Of a DNA stretch of 26,160 nt, positions 25,878-26,160 are shown in pieces. A program made the position numbers and the translations under genes. Location of the stretch: the NCBI GenBank assembly GCA_030598905.1, contig JAUVPA010000001.1, positions 1-26,160 of the forward strand. Direction: 5' to 3'. Origin of the DNA: Acidimicrobiia bacterium. Lineage in GTDB: Bacteria > Actinomycetota > Acidimicrobiia > Spongiisociales > UBA5794. Within the stretch, counting starts at the first letter, position 1. Each line of letters starts with the position of its first letter. Below the pieces are notes generated by a model that worked only from the letters and a program-made list of their open reading frames with translations, did no database searches and was not told where the DNA came from.

Positions 25878-25967
25878 ATGGAAGCAGTCCAGCTCATCTT
25901 GGCGTGGGCCGTGGCATTCGGCCTCATCGGCCTGTCGACCGCACTGTTCATCATCGCCCAGCGCTGA
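25878..25967 (+). CDS. Small single-pass membrane peptide (29 aa)
   Basis: MEAVQLILAWAVAFGLIGLSTALFIIAQR*. Below the ORF-track cutoff; one TM helix; GC3-rich codons. Confidence 0.55.
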   Translation: MEAVQLILAWAVAFGLIGLSTALFIIAQR

Positions 25968-25969
25968 CA

Positions 25970-26128
25970 GATGGGTCGAAAGACCCATCAAGGGTGGCCC
26001 TTGGTGTGCCGAATCAGTCGGCGCCCGGCAAACCTGGCAGGGTGACCCTATCCGTACGGGTGATCCACAACCTGCACAGTTTTCACCGGAGCTCCGGAGC
26101 CCCCGCCTCGGCGGGGGCTCTTTGCTTT
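25970..26128 (+). ncRNA. Structured RNA segment of unknown family (3' UTR or independent sRNA)
   Basis: GATGGGTC-GAAA-GACCCATC (8 bp with GNRA loop), AAGGG/CCCTT, GTGCCGA/TCGGCGC, GGGTGACCC/GGGTGATCC and CCGGAGCTCCGG, then a terminator. Confidence 0.4.
26097..26128 (+). terminator. Intrinsic terminator
   Basis: 10-bp stem GAGCCCCCGC/GCGGGGGCTC with CTCG loop, followed by TTTGCTTT. Confidence 0.8.
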
Positions 26129-26160
26129 CTACTCGATCGAGACGGACTCCCCTCCGACCA

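Noticed and set aside
25971-26045. 24-codon ORF MGRKTHQGWPLVCRISRRPANLAG
   Set aside because: The start codon is buried in the 8-bp GAAA hairpin, there is no SD, and the composition is unremarkable.
25990-26075. Riboswitch-like fragments (GCCGAAUC as in c-di-AMP; GGCAAACC as in c-di-GMP-I; AUCAAG...GGCAA as in SAM-I)
   Set aside because: Each lacks the remaining conserved core of its family. Kept only as an unassigned structured RNA.
26061-26079. DnaA-box-like TGATCCACA / CCTGCACAG
   Set aside because: Only one 8/9 match, no cluster of boxes, and no dnaA/dnaN context in the window.
1-26160. CRISPR arrays, tRNA/rRNA, integrases, defence systems
   Set aside because: No regularly spaced direct repeats, cloverleaf/T-loop signatures, rRNA motifs or recombinase/nuclease motifs found by eye.

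Overview
High-GC chromosomal segment with no integrase, prophage, CRISPR array, rRNA or tRNA that I could detect. Gene content (DivIVA-domain protein, large NAD-glutamate dehydrogenase, DGPF/ECF42 pair, several leaderless starts) points to Actinomycetota, possibly Acidimicrobiia-like; this is inference only. Recognisable genes in order: a MacAB-like ABC exporter (5'-partial adaptor, ATPase, permease); a DGPF protein plus ECF42-type sigma factor with a matching promoter; a flippase-like membrane protein; a haloalkane dehalogenase-Yip1 pair divergent from an orphan xanthine-dehydrogenase-family molybdopterin subunit coupled to a ComB-like phosphatase; a cluster of small ORFs; doxX; a DivIVA-domain protein; an RRM RNA-binding protein; paaABCDE-TetR(PaaR-like)-DUF427 with a perfect 16-bp operator; large gdh; a tandem CxxC protein; and a UMF1/ATG22-type MFS transporter. 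Features not evident from the ORF track: (1) a frameshifted IS30 transposase remnant at 13085-13284; (2) an 80-aa ORF sharing a VDLT...SRY(R/K)xxSxxLPR(L/I)xD motif with the tail of the nearby DivIVA-domain protein, preceded by a C-rich-loop sRNA candidate carrying a 9-nt complement to that gene's Shine-Dalgarno region; (3) a 29-aa hydrophobic sORF whose AUG is locked in a hairpin, followed by about 160 nt of structured RNA and a strong terminator, resembling a type I toxin locus. All family assignments come from motif recognition by eye; no database searches were run.
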